A stretch of 64,000 nt of DNA from Actinomycetota bacterium (GCA_023481285.1 JAMCWL010000103.1:10205-74204), one strand, 5' to 3'; shown: positions 54,763 through 63,470, numbered from the stretch's first letter. Numbers and translations are program-made. Notes: generated from the letters alone by a model not told the origin.

Positions 54763-56743
54763 CGCTCAGCGAGAGTGAAAGAAGGGCCACGTCATCGGAG
54801 AGCTTCCCGTGGGAAAAGTCCATTACTTCTCCGAAGATCAGTTCGGGCATCTCCCTCGCCGAAGGCGGCTTCAGCTCCTTTACGCAACTCAGAAGCCCCT
54901 CTTCGCCGAAGAATTCGCTATCTTTTCTTGCCTCCGTCACCCCATCGGTATAAAGAATGAGCATGTCGCCCTCTTCCAAAGTTTCCGAGCCCTTAACATA
55001 GCGAAGTCTCTCAAACGCTCCGATTATCGGCGAGCTTTTTGATAGGAGCGAGACTTCAAAGGTTTTCCTCCTGAGTATCGCCGGTGGATGGCCCGCACAG
55101 CAATAAGCGAGCCTCCCGGATCTTATGTTCAGAATGCCGAAGAACGCGGTCACAAACATCGTCGGAGCAGACGCTCTTCGGACCACATCGCTGGTCTTGG
55201 CAATGATCGAGGCCGGATGGTCCACCTCGTAGGCATATGCCTTTATGGTGTTCTTGACGAGGGACGTTAACGTTGCCGCCTCCAAGCCTTTGCCGGAAAC
55301 ATCTCCTATGACTATACCTACTCTATCGTGCTCCAGCTCAAAGAGGTCGTAGAAGTCCCCTCCGACCTCCGCCACCTCGGTTGCCGGGCGATAGAGGTGG
55401 CCGAAGCTGACGCCCTGTATCTGCTCCGGTACTGTAAGGAGCACATCCTGTAAGGTGTCTGCGATATTTCGTTCGATTGCATAAAGACGGGAGTTTTCGA
55501 GGGCAAGAGAGATGGATATAGCGAGTTTGCTTGCAAAATCAACCTGGGCGTCGTTGAAAGGAACCGCGCCCGAGTGATAGTGGAAACAAAGGGCGCCGAT
55601 CATTTTGTCCCTGACAATCAAGGGGACGGTCAGGAGAGATCTGATTCCGAATCTTTCCATCGTCTTTCGATCGACCCGTTCATCTCTATGAGTATCATTA
55701 ACAACAACCGGTTTTCTGGTTCTAGCGGCGATTAACGCATGTCTTACTTCCTTGCTGGAGAAGCGCGTTCCAACCATCTCGTCCGGTAACCCATAAATGT
55801 ATCTCAATGCCCAGTAATCATTTTCACACAGATTCACACAGCCGGTCTCAGCGCCTATCGCTTTTGTAGACTCGATGACGACCCTCTTCATGATCTCATT
55901 AAAATCGAACGTTGAACCTATGGCCGCATTGACCTTATTAAGGGCGTCACTCAATTCCTTTGCTATTTTGCGCTCTGTAATATCCCTGATTATCCCCACC
56001 ATGGCTATCGGCCTGCCTTTATCGTCCTTAACCATGGAACAGGTAAGCCAGATGGGAAATGTCCGTCCTGTCTTGTGCTTGACCACCAGCTCTCCGATCC
56101 AGCGTCCTGTCTCTTTGATGCTGGGGATTATCTTCCTGTCGGCAAAGTCCGGATCTACGTTCAACTCATTGACATGTCTTCCCCTGAGCTCATCGGGGCA
56201 GAAGCCGTATATCTCCTCGACAGCCCTGTTCGAGTAGATTACGTATCCATCAAGATCGACGATTTGAATCCCATCCGGGGCCCCTTTTACGGCCTCAGAG
56301 AAGAGCCTCAGCTTCTTCTCCATTCGCTTGCGATCCGTGATGTCCCGAAAAGCTGAGACGGCGCTAACGACCTTTCCATCCTCAATAATCGGAGTAACGA
56401 TGTAAGCAACGGGAAAGATGCTCCCATCTTTACGGGTAAGAACATCATCATCCGTTCGGTAAACGACGCCCGATCTGAGAACCCCTATCATGGGACACTC
56501 ATCGGCGGGCAACGGAGCTCCGTTCGCCGTTTGATAGTGGATTACCTCATGGACGTTTCGCCCGAGTAGTTCCGCTTCAGTCCAGCCCAAGAGTCGCTCG
56601 GCTTCCGGATTCATAAAAGTGAGGCGACACTCGCTATCCAGGACGTATATCCCCTCTCCCAGCACCGAAGTGACATCACGCAGCTTTTTCTCACTGGCTT
56701 TCAGCGCTTCATCTGCTTTTTCTTCTTCCATGGCCGCACCCAT
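54746..56743 (-). CDS. Cytoplasmic PAS-PAS-PAS-GAF-PP2C (SpoIIE) phosphatase
   Basis: Three PAS units are followed by GAF and a SpoIIE domain (GGDFYDLF...IGDVSGKG...YTDGVTEA). Confidence 0.8.
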   Translation of the reverse strand: MGAAMEEEKADEALKASEKKLRDVTSVLGEGIYVLDSECRLTFMNPEAERLLGWTEAELLGRNVHEVIHYQTANGAPLPADECPMIGVLRSGVVYRTDDDVLTRKDGSIFPVAYIVTPIIEDGKVVSAVSAFRDITDRKRMEKKLRLFSEAVKGAPDGIQIVDLDGYVIYSNRAVEEIYGFCPDELRGRHVNELNVDPDFADRKIIPSIKETGRWIGELVVKHKTGRTFPIWLTCSMVKDDKGRPIAMVGIIRDITERKIAKELSDALNKVNAAIGSTFDFNEIMKRVVIESTKAIGAETGCVNLCENDYWALRYIYGLPDEMVGTRFSSKEVRHALIAARTRKPVVVNDTHRDERVDRKTMERFGIRSLLTVPLIVRDKMIGALCFHYHSGAVPFNDAQVDFASKLAISISLALENSRLYAIERNIADTLQDVLLTVPEQIQGVSFGHLYRPATEVAEVGGDFYDLFELEHDRVGIVIGDVSGKGLEAATLTSLVKNTIKAYAYEVDHPASIIAKTSDVVRRASAPTMFVTAFFGILNIRSGRLAYCCAGHPPAILRRKTFEVSLLSKSSPIIGAFERLRYVKGSETLEEGDMLILYTDGVTEARKDSEFFGEEGLLSCVKELKPPSAREMPELIFGEVMDFSHGKLSDDVALLSLSLSAASSK

Positions 56744-57072
56744 TCGTTTTCAGGTCTTTAAGAAGCTTGTTAGTTTTTTTCCGGCCACGGAAGAATTAAA
56801 AAGCACAGCTCAAGTACGAGCTATTTGCACTTTATCAAGCTGAGTAGAGCACCATGCGCTCCACACAACCAAGGTGCCGAGATACCGCGGTAATCATTGA
56901 TTTGATTACTCTGCCGCCCACCCTACCGCCGGCGCATGATCGGCTGAAATCATCTCTAGCTGGCAAGCGCTTGCACTAATGACGCTTCGGGTATAAAACT
57001 TTAAGGTAATGATATTATCCGTTATCTTAAATAAAGAAGAGTCCTACGTAACAACTGCCTTAGAGCGCAAAG

Positions 57073-58551
57073 ATGTATGAGGCATCCGAGGCGGGAGTTC
57101 AAGACCGAGACTACGTCAAGCTTCTGTCGACACTGATTGAGGCTTGTACGAGCCTTCATTCCTCCCTTCACCTCTCTGACGTCCTGGCGCGAGCTTCACA
57201 AGCCGCGTTCAGAATAAGCGGCATGGACCGCGCGGTCATCGGCCTTTACCATCCAGAGAAAGAAACCGTTGAGACGGTATCGGGTTTCGGCGAAGCGCAT
57301 CCCCTTACCTCCTACCGAGTCTCCGACCTCGGCGATGAGTTTGTCGCTCTGACTCAGGGCAAGACCATCTTTATCAAACACCTGGTCGACGCAGGCCTTT
57401 CACTAAAAGCAAGAGAGCTTGCTTCAGCCCTTAGCATAAAGTCGGCGCTCGCCGTTCCCATGATGGAGAATGGTTTGCTTCTCGGCGTTATATTCCTCTA
57501 CTCAACGGGCAGACCGCATCCCATCCCGAGTAGCGTCGTCGAGGCCATGAACGCCCTTGCCGATCAGGCCGCCGTTTCGATTAAGAACGCTAAGCAATAC
57601 GAGGCGCAGGAAAGAAAAGCCCTTGAGAAACAGGCCGAACAGCGTGAAGATATCCTCGAAAATCTGATCGAGCAATTCGAGGGCGAGCGCGGAAGTCTTC
57701 AGGCGGTGCTCGAGCAGATGCCGGCCGGCGTCATCATCGCCGAGGCTCCCGCTGGGAGGTTAATCTTTGGAAACAAGCAAATCGAAGAGATCTGGCGCCA
57801 TCCTTTTCATAAGGCCGCTGAGATAGGCCAATACAAGCAGTATAAGGGCTTCCACCCTGAAGATGGACGACCTTACCGGCCCGAGGAGTGGCCGCTCGCC
57901 CGCTCAATAACTTCAGGGGAGATAGTCAAAGATGAGGAGATCGACTTCCTGCGAGGCGACGGCACCCGTGGCACGCAGGCCGTCAGCTCAACTCCCATCC
58001 GCGACCGTGGGGGTCGGATTGTCGCGGGGGTGGCGGTCTTCACCGATATCACCGAGCGCAAAAGGGCTGAGGAAGACCGCAAACAACTGCTTGAGCAGTT
58101 GAGAGAAGAGCAGTCAACCCTGAAGGCCATAATCGACAACGCCCCGGAGGGCATCGTTGTCGCCGATATACAAGGCCGCGTCATGCTCACCAATCAAGTG
58201 GCCGACAGACTTTACGCACGACCGATCCCCTACGGAGAAAGCTTTGAAAGTCATGCGGGATTGAGGCTCTGCCATACAGATGGTAAGCTTTACGATCCTC
58301 GCGACCTGCCACTCACTCGCTCGGCATTGGATGGAGAGACGTTCACCAATGTGGAGATGGCCATCATCTGGCCCGATGGTGAACGCCGGGAATTGCTGGT
58401 CAACACCGCACCGATCAGGGACAACCGGGACAACATCATAGGCGCCGTCGGTGTTTTCCAGGATATTACAGAGCGCAAACAGATCGAGAAAGAAAGAGAG
58501 CGGCTACTCGTTCAAATTAAGCAGCTAAGCGACATGATCAACAACCGCTAA
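57073..58551 (+). CDS. GAF-PAS-PAS sensor protein with no recognisable output domain
   Basis: The GAF N-domain is followed by two PAS units, each ending FxDITERK, and a coiled-coil tail. Confidence 0.7.
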   Translation: MYEASEAGVQDRDYVKLLSTLIEACTSLHSSLHLSDVLARASQAAFRISGMDRAVIGLYHPEKETVETVSGFGEAHPLTSYRVSDLGDEFVALTQGKTIFIKHLVDAGLSLKARELASALSIKSALAVPMMENGLLLGVIFLYSTGRPHPIPSSVVEAMNALADQAAVSIKNAKQYEAQERKALEKQAEQREDILENLIEQFEGERGSLQAVLEQMPAGVIIAEAPAGRLIFGNKQIEEIWRHPFHKAAEIGQYKQYKGFHPEDGRPYRPEEWPLARSITSGEIVKDEEIDFLRGDGTRGTQAVSSTPIRDRGGRIVAGVAVFTDITERKRAEEDRKQLLEQLREEQSTLKAIIDNAPEGIVVADIQGRVMLTNQVADRLYARPIPYGESFESHAGLRLCHTDGKLYDPRDLPLTRSALDGETFTNVEMAIIWPDGERRELLVNTAPIRDNRDNIIGAVGVFQDITERKQIEKERERLLVQIKQLSDMINNR

Positions 58552-58636
58552 TAGTGCGAGAAGCGGTTATAAGTGTTCTCGCCTTCCACTATCGTTCCGC
58601 GCGTTGCCTTCACCGAAGCTCAAGTTGATTTTGGCG

Positions 58637-58664
58637 TTGAACCTTCCGGTAAATATGCTAAAAT
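58637..58664 (+). promoter_or_regulatory. Candidate promoter for tRNA-Glu
   Basis: TTGAAC, a 16-nt spacer and TGcTAAAAT. Confidence 0.45.
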
Positions 58665-58725
58665 AACGAAGTCGCCCCGGATGGAAATTAATCACTCTAA
58701 GCCGGGTGAACAAAAGAGATTTTCT

Positions 58726-58799
58726 GGCGCATTCGTCTAGTGGCCTAGGACACCGCCCTCTCAAGGCGGAGATCGCGGGTTCGACTCCCGCATGCGCCA
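58726..58799 (+). tRNA. tRNA-Glu (CUC)
   Basis: Acceptor stem GGCGCAT/ATGCGCC, D-arm GTCTAGTGGCCTAGGAC and anticodon loop CTCTCAA. Confidence 0.85.
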
Positions 58800-58805
58800 C
58801 AGATA

Positions 58806-58832
58806 AACACCAGGTAAAGTCTGGTGTTTTTG
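58806..58832 (+). terminator. Rho-independent terminator after tRNA-Glu
   Basis: The sequence reads AACACCAGgtaaagtCTGGTGTTTTTG. Confidence 0.55.
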
Positions 58833-58902
58833 CTTACCTAATCATCCGCCGTATTCCTGGCCGTTAACGATAAGTGCATGGTAAGTGCAACATGGCTAGT
58901 AG

Positions 58903-59044
58903 ATGCTGGAAGCTCATGAAATCCGCTTAGTTCGGCTATCGTCCACTCATGACCTTTCCCGGTTTAATTGCGACGATCCGGAGCTTGACGGCTTTTTGGT
59001 TGATGACGCTCTCACCTATCAGCTTCGCCACCGCGTCGGCTTTC
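58903..59044 (+). pseudogene. N-terminal remnant (~47 codons) of a GNAT toxin gene
   Basis: LSRFNCDDPELDGFLVDDALTYQ matches the FNCGD..LEDFLLEDA motif of the intact GNAT toxin at 23475. The reading frame then runs into the antisense of the integrase fragment. Confidence 0.45.
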
Positions 59045-59262
59045 ACCTGTGGCGGCAGGTGCGCATACCTAAGAGTCATCTTTAAATCCGCATGGCCTAA
59101 AAGCTCTCGGACGGTGCTTAGATCGACGCCGGCCATTACAAGGTGGCTGGCAAAATGATGGCGCATGTCATGCCAACGGAAGTTAGCAATGCCGGCTTGC
59201 TTCAAAACATTCTTCCAGGCCGTCTTGATACCGCCGGTAAGACGATCCCCGTCCTTGCCTAC
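58936..59262 (-). pseudogene. Tyrosine integrase C-terminal fragment
   Basis: The fragment reads [82 protein letters not shown]. Homology stops exactly at the 59-nt repeat copy B, and no N-terminal half is present. Confidence 0.7.
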
Positions 59263-59264
59263 AG

Positions 59265-59323
59265 ATATGTAGTTATGGGTGAGTGTGTGGGTAGGAAAGA
59301 TAGGAAACTACGTCCCCAATGTT
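59265..59323 (-). repeat. Copy B of the ~60-nt dispersed element, inverted relative to copy A
   Basis: The reverse complement is aacattggggacgtagtttcctatctttcctacccacacactcacccataactacatat. It differs from copy A by 2 substitutions and 1 indel. Confidence 0.9.
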
Positions 59324-59359
59324 TCAGACCAGGTAAAGGAGGGTACCAAGGAGGGCACC

Positions 59360-59581
59360 ATGGCGAATAAGATAGAGATCGAACAGGCTTATTCCAAGCA
59401 GGATTTCGCGCGTATATTGAGGGAGCTGGCAGACGCGCTCGAAAGTTCCCATTCCTTCGCTCTTTACATCAAAAATCAGGTCGTGTCCATCCCTCCAGAT
59501 GGTCTTATGAAGATAGAATACGAGGCGACGGAGAGTAAAAACGAAATCGAGCTCGAGCTCACCTGGAAGCCGGCCGCCTAA
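59360..59581 (+). CDS. Amphi-Trp domain-containing small protein
   Basis: AAGGAGGG RBS. The pattern FARILRELADALES...IPPDGLMKIEYEATESKNEIELELTWK is typical of the family. Confidence 0.5.
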   Translation: MANKIEIEQAYSKQDFARILRELADALESSHSFALYIKNQVVSIPPDGLMKIEYEATESKNEIELELTWKPAA

Positions 59582-59591
59582 GCCAGGGATC

Positions 59592-60980
59592 ATGGCGTCA
59601 AACCTGTCCGTTGGCGCCAATATTATGACCGCCGAGGAGGACGTCCCGTCAACCCCGGACATGGCCGGCTTGCGCGAAAGTATGCCACGAGCAAGACGGC
59701 GGGGCACCTTCCTCTTTCTGGTCGTTCTGACGGCCGCAGCCTTAAGGATCGCCTGGATAATCGCCACTCCCAATATTCTGGCGACCGACTTCTACGGTTA
59801 CCACCAGCTTGGAAAGGGTCTAGCAGCAAGAACCATACCCTGGACGCTGCCCGGTATCTTCCACTGGACGCCCGGATATCCCTACTTCCTCGCGCTTATT
59901 TACAAGTCGTTTGGCTCCAGCACGCACGTCGCCCGCCTGGCCAACGCCGTGCTCGGCACCCTCAGCGTCGTCCTGGTCTATTTTGTCGCCCGGGAGGTTT
60001 TTTCGAGACGGGTCGCCTCCCTCTCCGCGGCAATCTACGCACTTCTCCCGACCCCGATCTTCTTCACGGCCCTCGTCGGGACCGAGACGCTCTTCGTCTC
60101 CCTCACGCTGGCCGCCGTCTATACCTGGTTCTTAACTAGACGCCTCCTGGGCGACTGGGCTCCCGCTCTCCTCTCGGGCGCGCTATTTGGACTCGCGGGC
60201 CTGGTCCGCGCCTCGGGCCTCCTCTTGCCCGCGGCGCTCCTGCCGCTGACCCTCAAAAGGCGTGACGTCTTCCTGAGAAGCCTCGCCGTCGTTACGATCG
60301 CCTTCATCATCGTCTTACCCTGGCTGATGCGGACCCAGATTTTATACGGCACATTCAACATGCAAGTAAACGGCGGGGTCTTTTTGTGGCAGGGCAACCA
60401 CGAGAACTCGACGGTAGCCTGGGGCGACTTTCCTTGGGTCGCAAGCGGGATTCCTTACCAGACGGTCTCAGCGGAGACCTATTACAAGCACCCGAAAGAG
60501 GCTTCCACCTGGGGATACCGGAGGACCTTCGAATTTTTAAAGAATAAGCCCCTGTCGGCCGCCCGGGGCGTCTTGTTGAAGGGCGCGCACTTAATCTTCG
60601 GCGAGCCCGACGGCGTCTACTGGAACCAGACGGACGACATTTCAAAGCCCGGCAAAGTGCTCCTCCGCCCGGTAATGATCTCGGGCAAGGATTTTAGCAA
60701 TCTCTTCTACCAGGTGGAACGATGGGGATACTGGCTTCTGCTCATTCCAGCCATAGGTGGAATAACCCTCGTCCTTCACATGGGGAAAGGGCGCGCCCTG
60801 CTCATCCCGCCGGCCGTTTGGATCCTGCTACACACGCTCACCGTCGCCATGGTTAGATACCGTTTCCCCATCTATCCGTTTCTGGCCATCTACGGAGCTC
60901 TTGCGCTCTGCATAATGGTGGATGCTCTCAGAACACTCTACCGGCAAACGCTGTCACGAGAACCAAACGCAGGGTCTTGA
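59592..60980 (+). CDS. GT39/ArnT-like membrane glycosyltransferase (paralogue 3)
   Basis: 462 aa and polytopic, with PMT_2-like N-terminal loops (DFYGYHQLGKGLA, PGYPYFLALIY). Confidence 0.7.
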   Translation: MASNLSVGANIMTAEEDVPSTPDMAGLRESMPRARRRGTFLFLVVLTAAALRIAWIIATPNILATDFYGYHQLGKGLAARTIPWTLPGIFHWTPGYPYFLALIYKSFGSSTHVARLANAVLGTLSVVLVYFVAREVFSRRVASLSAAIYALLPTPIFFTALVGTETLFVSLTLAAVYTWFLTRRLLGDWAPALLSGALFGLAGLVRASGLLLPAALLPLTLKRRDVFLRSLAVVTIAFIIVLPWLMRTQILYGTFNMQVNGGVFLWQGNHENSTVAWGDFPWVASGIPYQTVSAETYYKHPKEASTWGYRRTFEFLKNKPLSAARGVLLKGAHLIFGEPDGVYWNQTDDISKPGKVLLRPVMISGKDFSNLFYQVERWGYWLLLIPAIGGITLVLHMGKGRALLIPPAVWILLHTLTVAMVRYRFPIYPFLAIYGALALCIMVDALRTLYRQTLSREPNAGS

Positions 60981-61082
60981 TTAATCTTGTAGGCGGCACG
61001 CCGCTTGCACGCCCTTTTATGACAACAGGCACGACACCGGCTTCGGACTCGCCACCGGCATGCCGTGCATAAATCAAGTATC

Positions 61083-61568
61083 TTATATAACCGGCGGTTC
61101 TTCCTCCGGGCTGATCTCCTCGTCGATAAACAAGCGGTGGCTGAAAGTATCATAGCAGGCCGACCGGACCCGCCCGGACAGCCCCCACCTTAGGAGCGCT
61201 TTATCAAAAGCACGGCAGCCGTTGAAAGACCTGTCACCCTTGCGGCAGTTCAAGAACATAACGGCATAGGTGCTATGCTTGGCGTTCGACGAGAGAACCG
61301 AGAGCTTCGATTTCGTCGCCATCTCGTCAAGGAAGCTCTCGCAGGTCTCGATCTCAAAATAGTAGTTGGCTCCGCCACGAGAAGATTCAAGATCGGGCAT
61401 GACGCCCCCGTAAGACTCGGGCATTCCGCCTTCCCAGTCAATGTGGTTCGCCGCGACCCTAAAGCCCTTAGCGTCGAGATATTTTGCCAGACGCAAGAGG
61501 GCGTCATCATGTAGGCGTTTAATCTCCGGCGACCTCGCCGCACCCGCTCTCATGAGCACCTCCACCAC
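61083..61568 (-). CDS. Hypothetical protein, possibly with a PD-(D/E)xK-like fold
   Basis: 161-aa ORF. MPDLESSRGGANYYFEIET is weakly reminiscent of a nuclease motif. I make no firm family assignment. Confidence 0.4.
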   Translation of the reverse strand: MVEVLMRAGAARSPEIKRLHDDALLRLAKYLDAKGFRVAANHIDWEGGMPESYGGVMPDLESSRGGANYYFEIETCESFLDEMATKSKLSVLSSNAKHSTYAVMFLNCRKGDRSFNGCRAFDKALLRWGLSGRVRSACYDTFSHRLFIDEEISPEEEPPVI

Positions 61569-61693
61569 GAATGCTGATCCTAAGAGGCATACATTGCATT
61601 ACTAATTCCCATCATGAGCATAGAATCCCGTTTCTCCGGCATTTTCGCGAAAAATAAGTCGCATAACTGTCGCTATCGCGCGCGCTTGTAAAC

Positions 61694-61722
61694 TTGGCGA
61701 TCATTGATGATCGTGGTAAGAT
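61694..61722 (+). promoter_or_regulatory. Candidate promoter for tRNA-Gln
   Basis: TTGGCG, a 17-nt spacer and TGgTAAGAT. Confidence 0.4.
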
Positions 61723-61778
61723 ATCAAATCGTCACGTGCGCGGACTTTCCCGGGCCGTAGACAGCTTCGACGCAATAG

Positions 61779-61849
61779 TGGGGGATCGTCTAGTGGTAGG
61801 ACAGCGGACTCTGGATCCGTCAGCGAGGGTTCGAATCCTTCTCCCCCAG
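61779..61849 (+). tRNA. tRNA-Gln (CUG)
   Basis: Acceptor stem TGGGGGA/TCCCCCA (U1-A72, typical of Gln) and anticodon loop CTCTGGA. Confidence 0.8.
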
Positions 61850-61857
61850 CATAAGTA

Positions 61858-61880
61858 GGGGCACGCCGATGGCGTGCCCT
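61858..61880 (+). repeat. REP-like hairpin, near-identical to the one at 48101
   Basis: The sequence reads ggggcacgccgatggcgtgccct followed by ttagagtac. The same flank occurs at 48125. Confidence 0.7.
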
Positions 61881-61963
61881 TTAGAGTACCCACCGGCGTG
61901 CGCTTGGTTGCCAACAGCTTGCCCCTGAAACAAATCACGACCCCACGATTCGACATTCGTTGC

Positions 61964-63430
61964 TTAATCCGTACTTACGGCCAGTTGGCGAGCTTTGGCG
62001 ATGCGGTCTATGGCGCGTTCTCGTCCGAGGAGTTCGAGGCTTTCGAAAAGTGGAAGGCTTACCGTCCGGCCGGTTACAGCCACCCTTACCGGCTGGAAGA
62101 CTTGCTTCGCTTTAAGACCCATCTCCTCGGCTACGCCTCGGAGAGCTTGTTCGATTTCGTCATGTTTGAATTCCGCAACTTCGAGAAGGACGATTCGCCC
62201 GCGACCAAGCACGTCGAACGCGTTGTCGGTTCGAAGAACTTTATCGATAGCTTCGGGATCGTATTTTACGGCCGTAAATAGAAAGTCGCTTAAGCCAATG
62301 ATATCGGTGAGCAGTTCCATGCGCTCGCGAGCGACGGAGACGAGCTTCTCAAGCCAGGTCCGGTCGACCTTTGAGAGGTCATAGCCCGCCCTCTCCAGGA
62401 AGGGAACCACCCGATCAACAAGCATGGCCGGCGAAATCTCTCTGATGTAGTAGCCGTTCATCCACTTGAGCTTGACGACGTCGAAGACGGCCGCCGTCTT
62501 ACCCACCCTTTCCAGAGAGAACTTCTCTATGAGCTCGTCTTTCGAGAAGATGGTCGTTTTTTCGTCCCACGACCATCCCAAAAGAGCTAGGTAGTTTACC
62601 ATAGACTCTGGTAGAAAACCCTGGTTGCGGTAGGACTCCACGCCTACGGCTCCATGGCGCTTGGAGAGCTTGGCCTTATCCGGTCCAAGAATCATCGGCA
62701 GGTGGGCGTATTCCGGCTCTTTCCAACCGAGAGCCCGGTAGACTTGGATCTGCCGGGGCGTGTTTGAAAGATGATCTTCACCTCGAATGACGTGGGTTAC
62801 CTTCATATCGTGGTCGTCGACGACAACGGCAAAGTTGTAGGTTGGGATGCCGTCCCCACGTACCATGATGAAATCGTCGAGATGGCGGTTCTCAAACGAG
62901 ACGTCTCCTCTAATATGGTCGTGTACGACGGTCTCCCCTTCGTCCGGCAGGTAGAACCTGATGACCGGCGGTCGGCCTTCCTGCTCGCAGCGACGGCGTT
63001 CTTCCTCAGTCAGCCGCGAGCATCGGCGGTCGTACATGGGAGTTTCCTTGCGCTCGAGCTGTGCTTTCCTCATCGCGTCGAGCTCTTCCGTCGTGCAGTA
63101 ACAGCGATAAGCCTTCCCCTCGCCTAGCAGACGGTCGGCGGCTTTGGCGTATTTTTCCAAGTGGTCGGTCTGTCGGAACGGGCCTTCGTCCCAGTCAAGA
63201 CCCAGCCAGCTCATCGAGTCGATGATCTGGGCGATCGCCTCTTCGGTCGAGCGTGTCCGGTCCGTGTCCTCGATGCGAAGGATGAACTTCCCCCCGCGAC
63301 GCCGGGCGAAAAGCCAGTTAAAAAGGGCGGTTCTCGCGCCTCCAATGTGCAGATATCCGGTCGGGCTTGGCGCAAATCTGACCCTGACCTCGTTTCGCAT
63401 TAGACTTTCTTGTTCCTCTCCACTTCCCAC
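61964..63430 (-). CDS. gltX: Glutamate--tRNA ligase
   Basis: VRVRFAPSPTGYLHIGGARTAL (HIGH motif) and KLSKR (KMSKS motif) are present. Confidence 0.95.
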   Translation of the reverse strand: MGSGEEQESLMRNEVRVRFAPSPTGYLHIGGARTALFNWLFARRRGGKFILRIEDTDRTRSTEEAIAQIIDSMSWLGLDWDEGPFRQTDHLEKYAKAADRLLGEGKAYRCYCTTEELDAMRKAQLERKETPMYDRRCSRLTEEERRRCEQEGRPPVIRFYLPDEGETVVHDHIRGDVSFENRHLDDFIMVRGDGIPTYNFAVVVDDHDMKVTHVIRGEDHLSNTPRQIQVYRALGWKEPEYAHLPMILGPDKAKLSKRHGAVGVESYRNQGFLPESMVNYLALLGWSWDEKTTIFSKDELIEKFSLERVGKTAAVFDVVKLKWMNGYYIREISPAMLVDRVVPFLERAGYDLSKVDRTWLEKLVSVARERMELLTDIIGLSDFLFTAVKYDPEAIDKVLRTDNAFDVLGRGRIVLLEVAEFKHDEIEQALRGVAEEMGLKAKQVFQPVRVAVTGRTVSLPLFESLELLGRERAIDRIAKARQLAVSTD

Positions 63431-63438
63431 TCTCCATT

Positions 63439-63470
63439 CAAGATTCGACTTTCAAGTTTCGACTTTCTAG
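63439..63470. repeat. Intergenic tandem word repeat (TTCGACTTTC units)
   Basis: The sequence reads caagattcgactttcaagtttcgactttctag. It ends in the stop codon of the cupin gene. Confidence 0.85.

Noticed and set aside
29970-59264. The 29.3-kb segment bounded by the inverted 60-nt repeats as a composite transposon or integrated element
   Set aside because: The interior is core housekeeping DNA (ffh, rpsP, rimM, MAT, pilT, ABC transporter and others) with no mobility genes. The repeats are better read as dispersed element remnants or possible inversion substrates.
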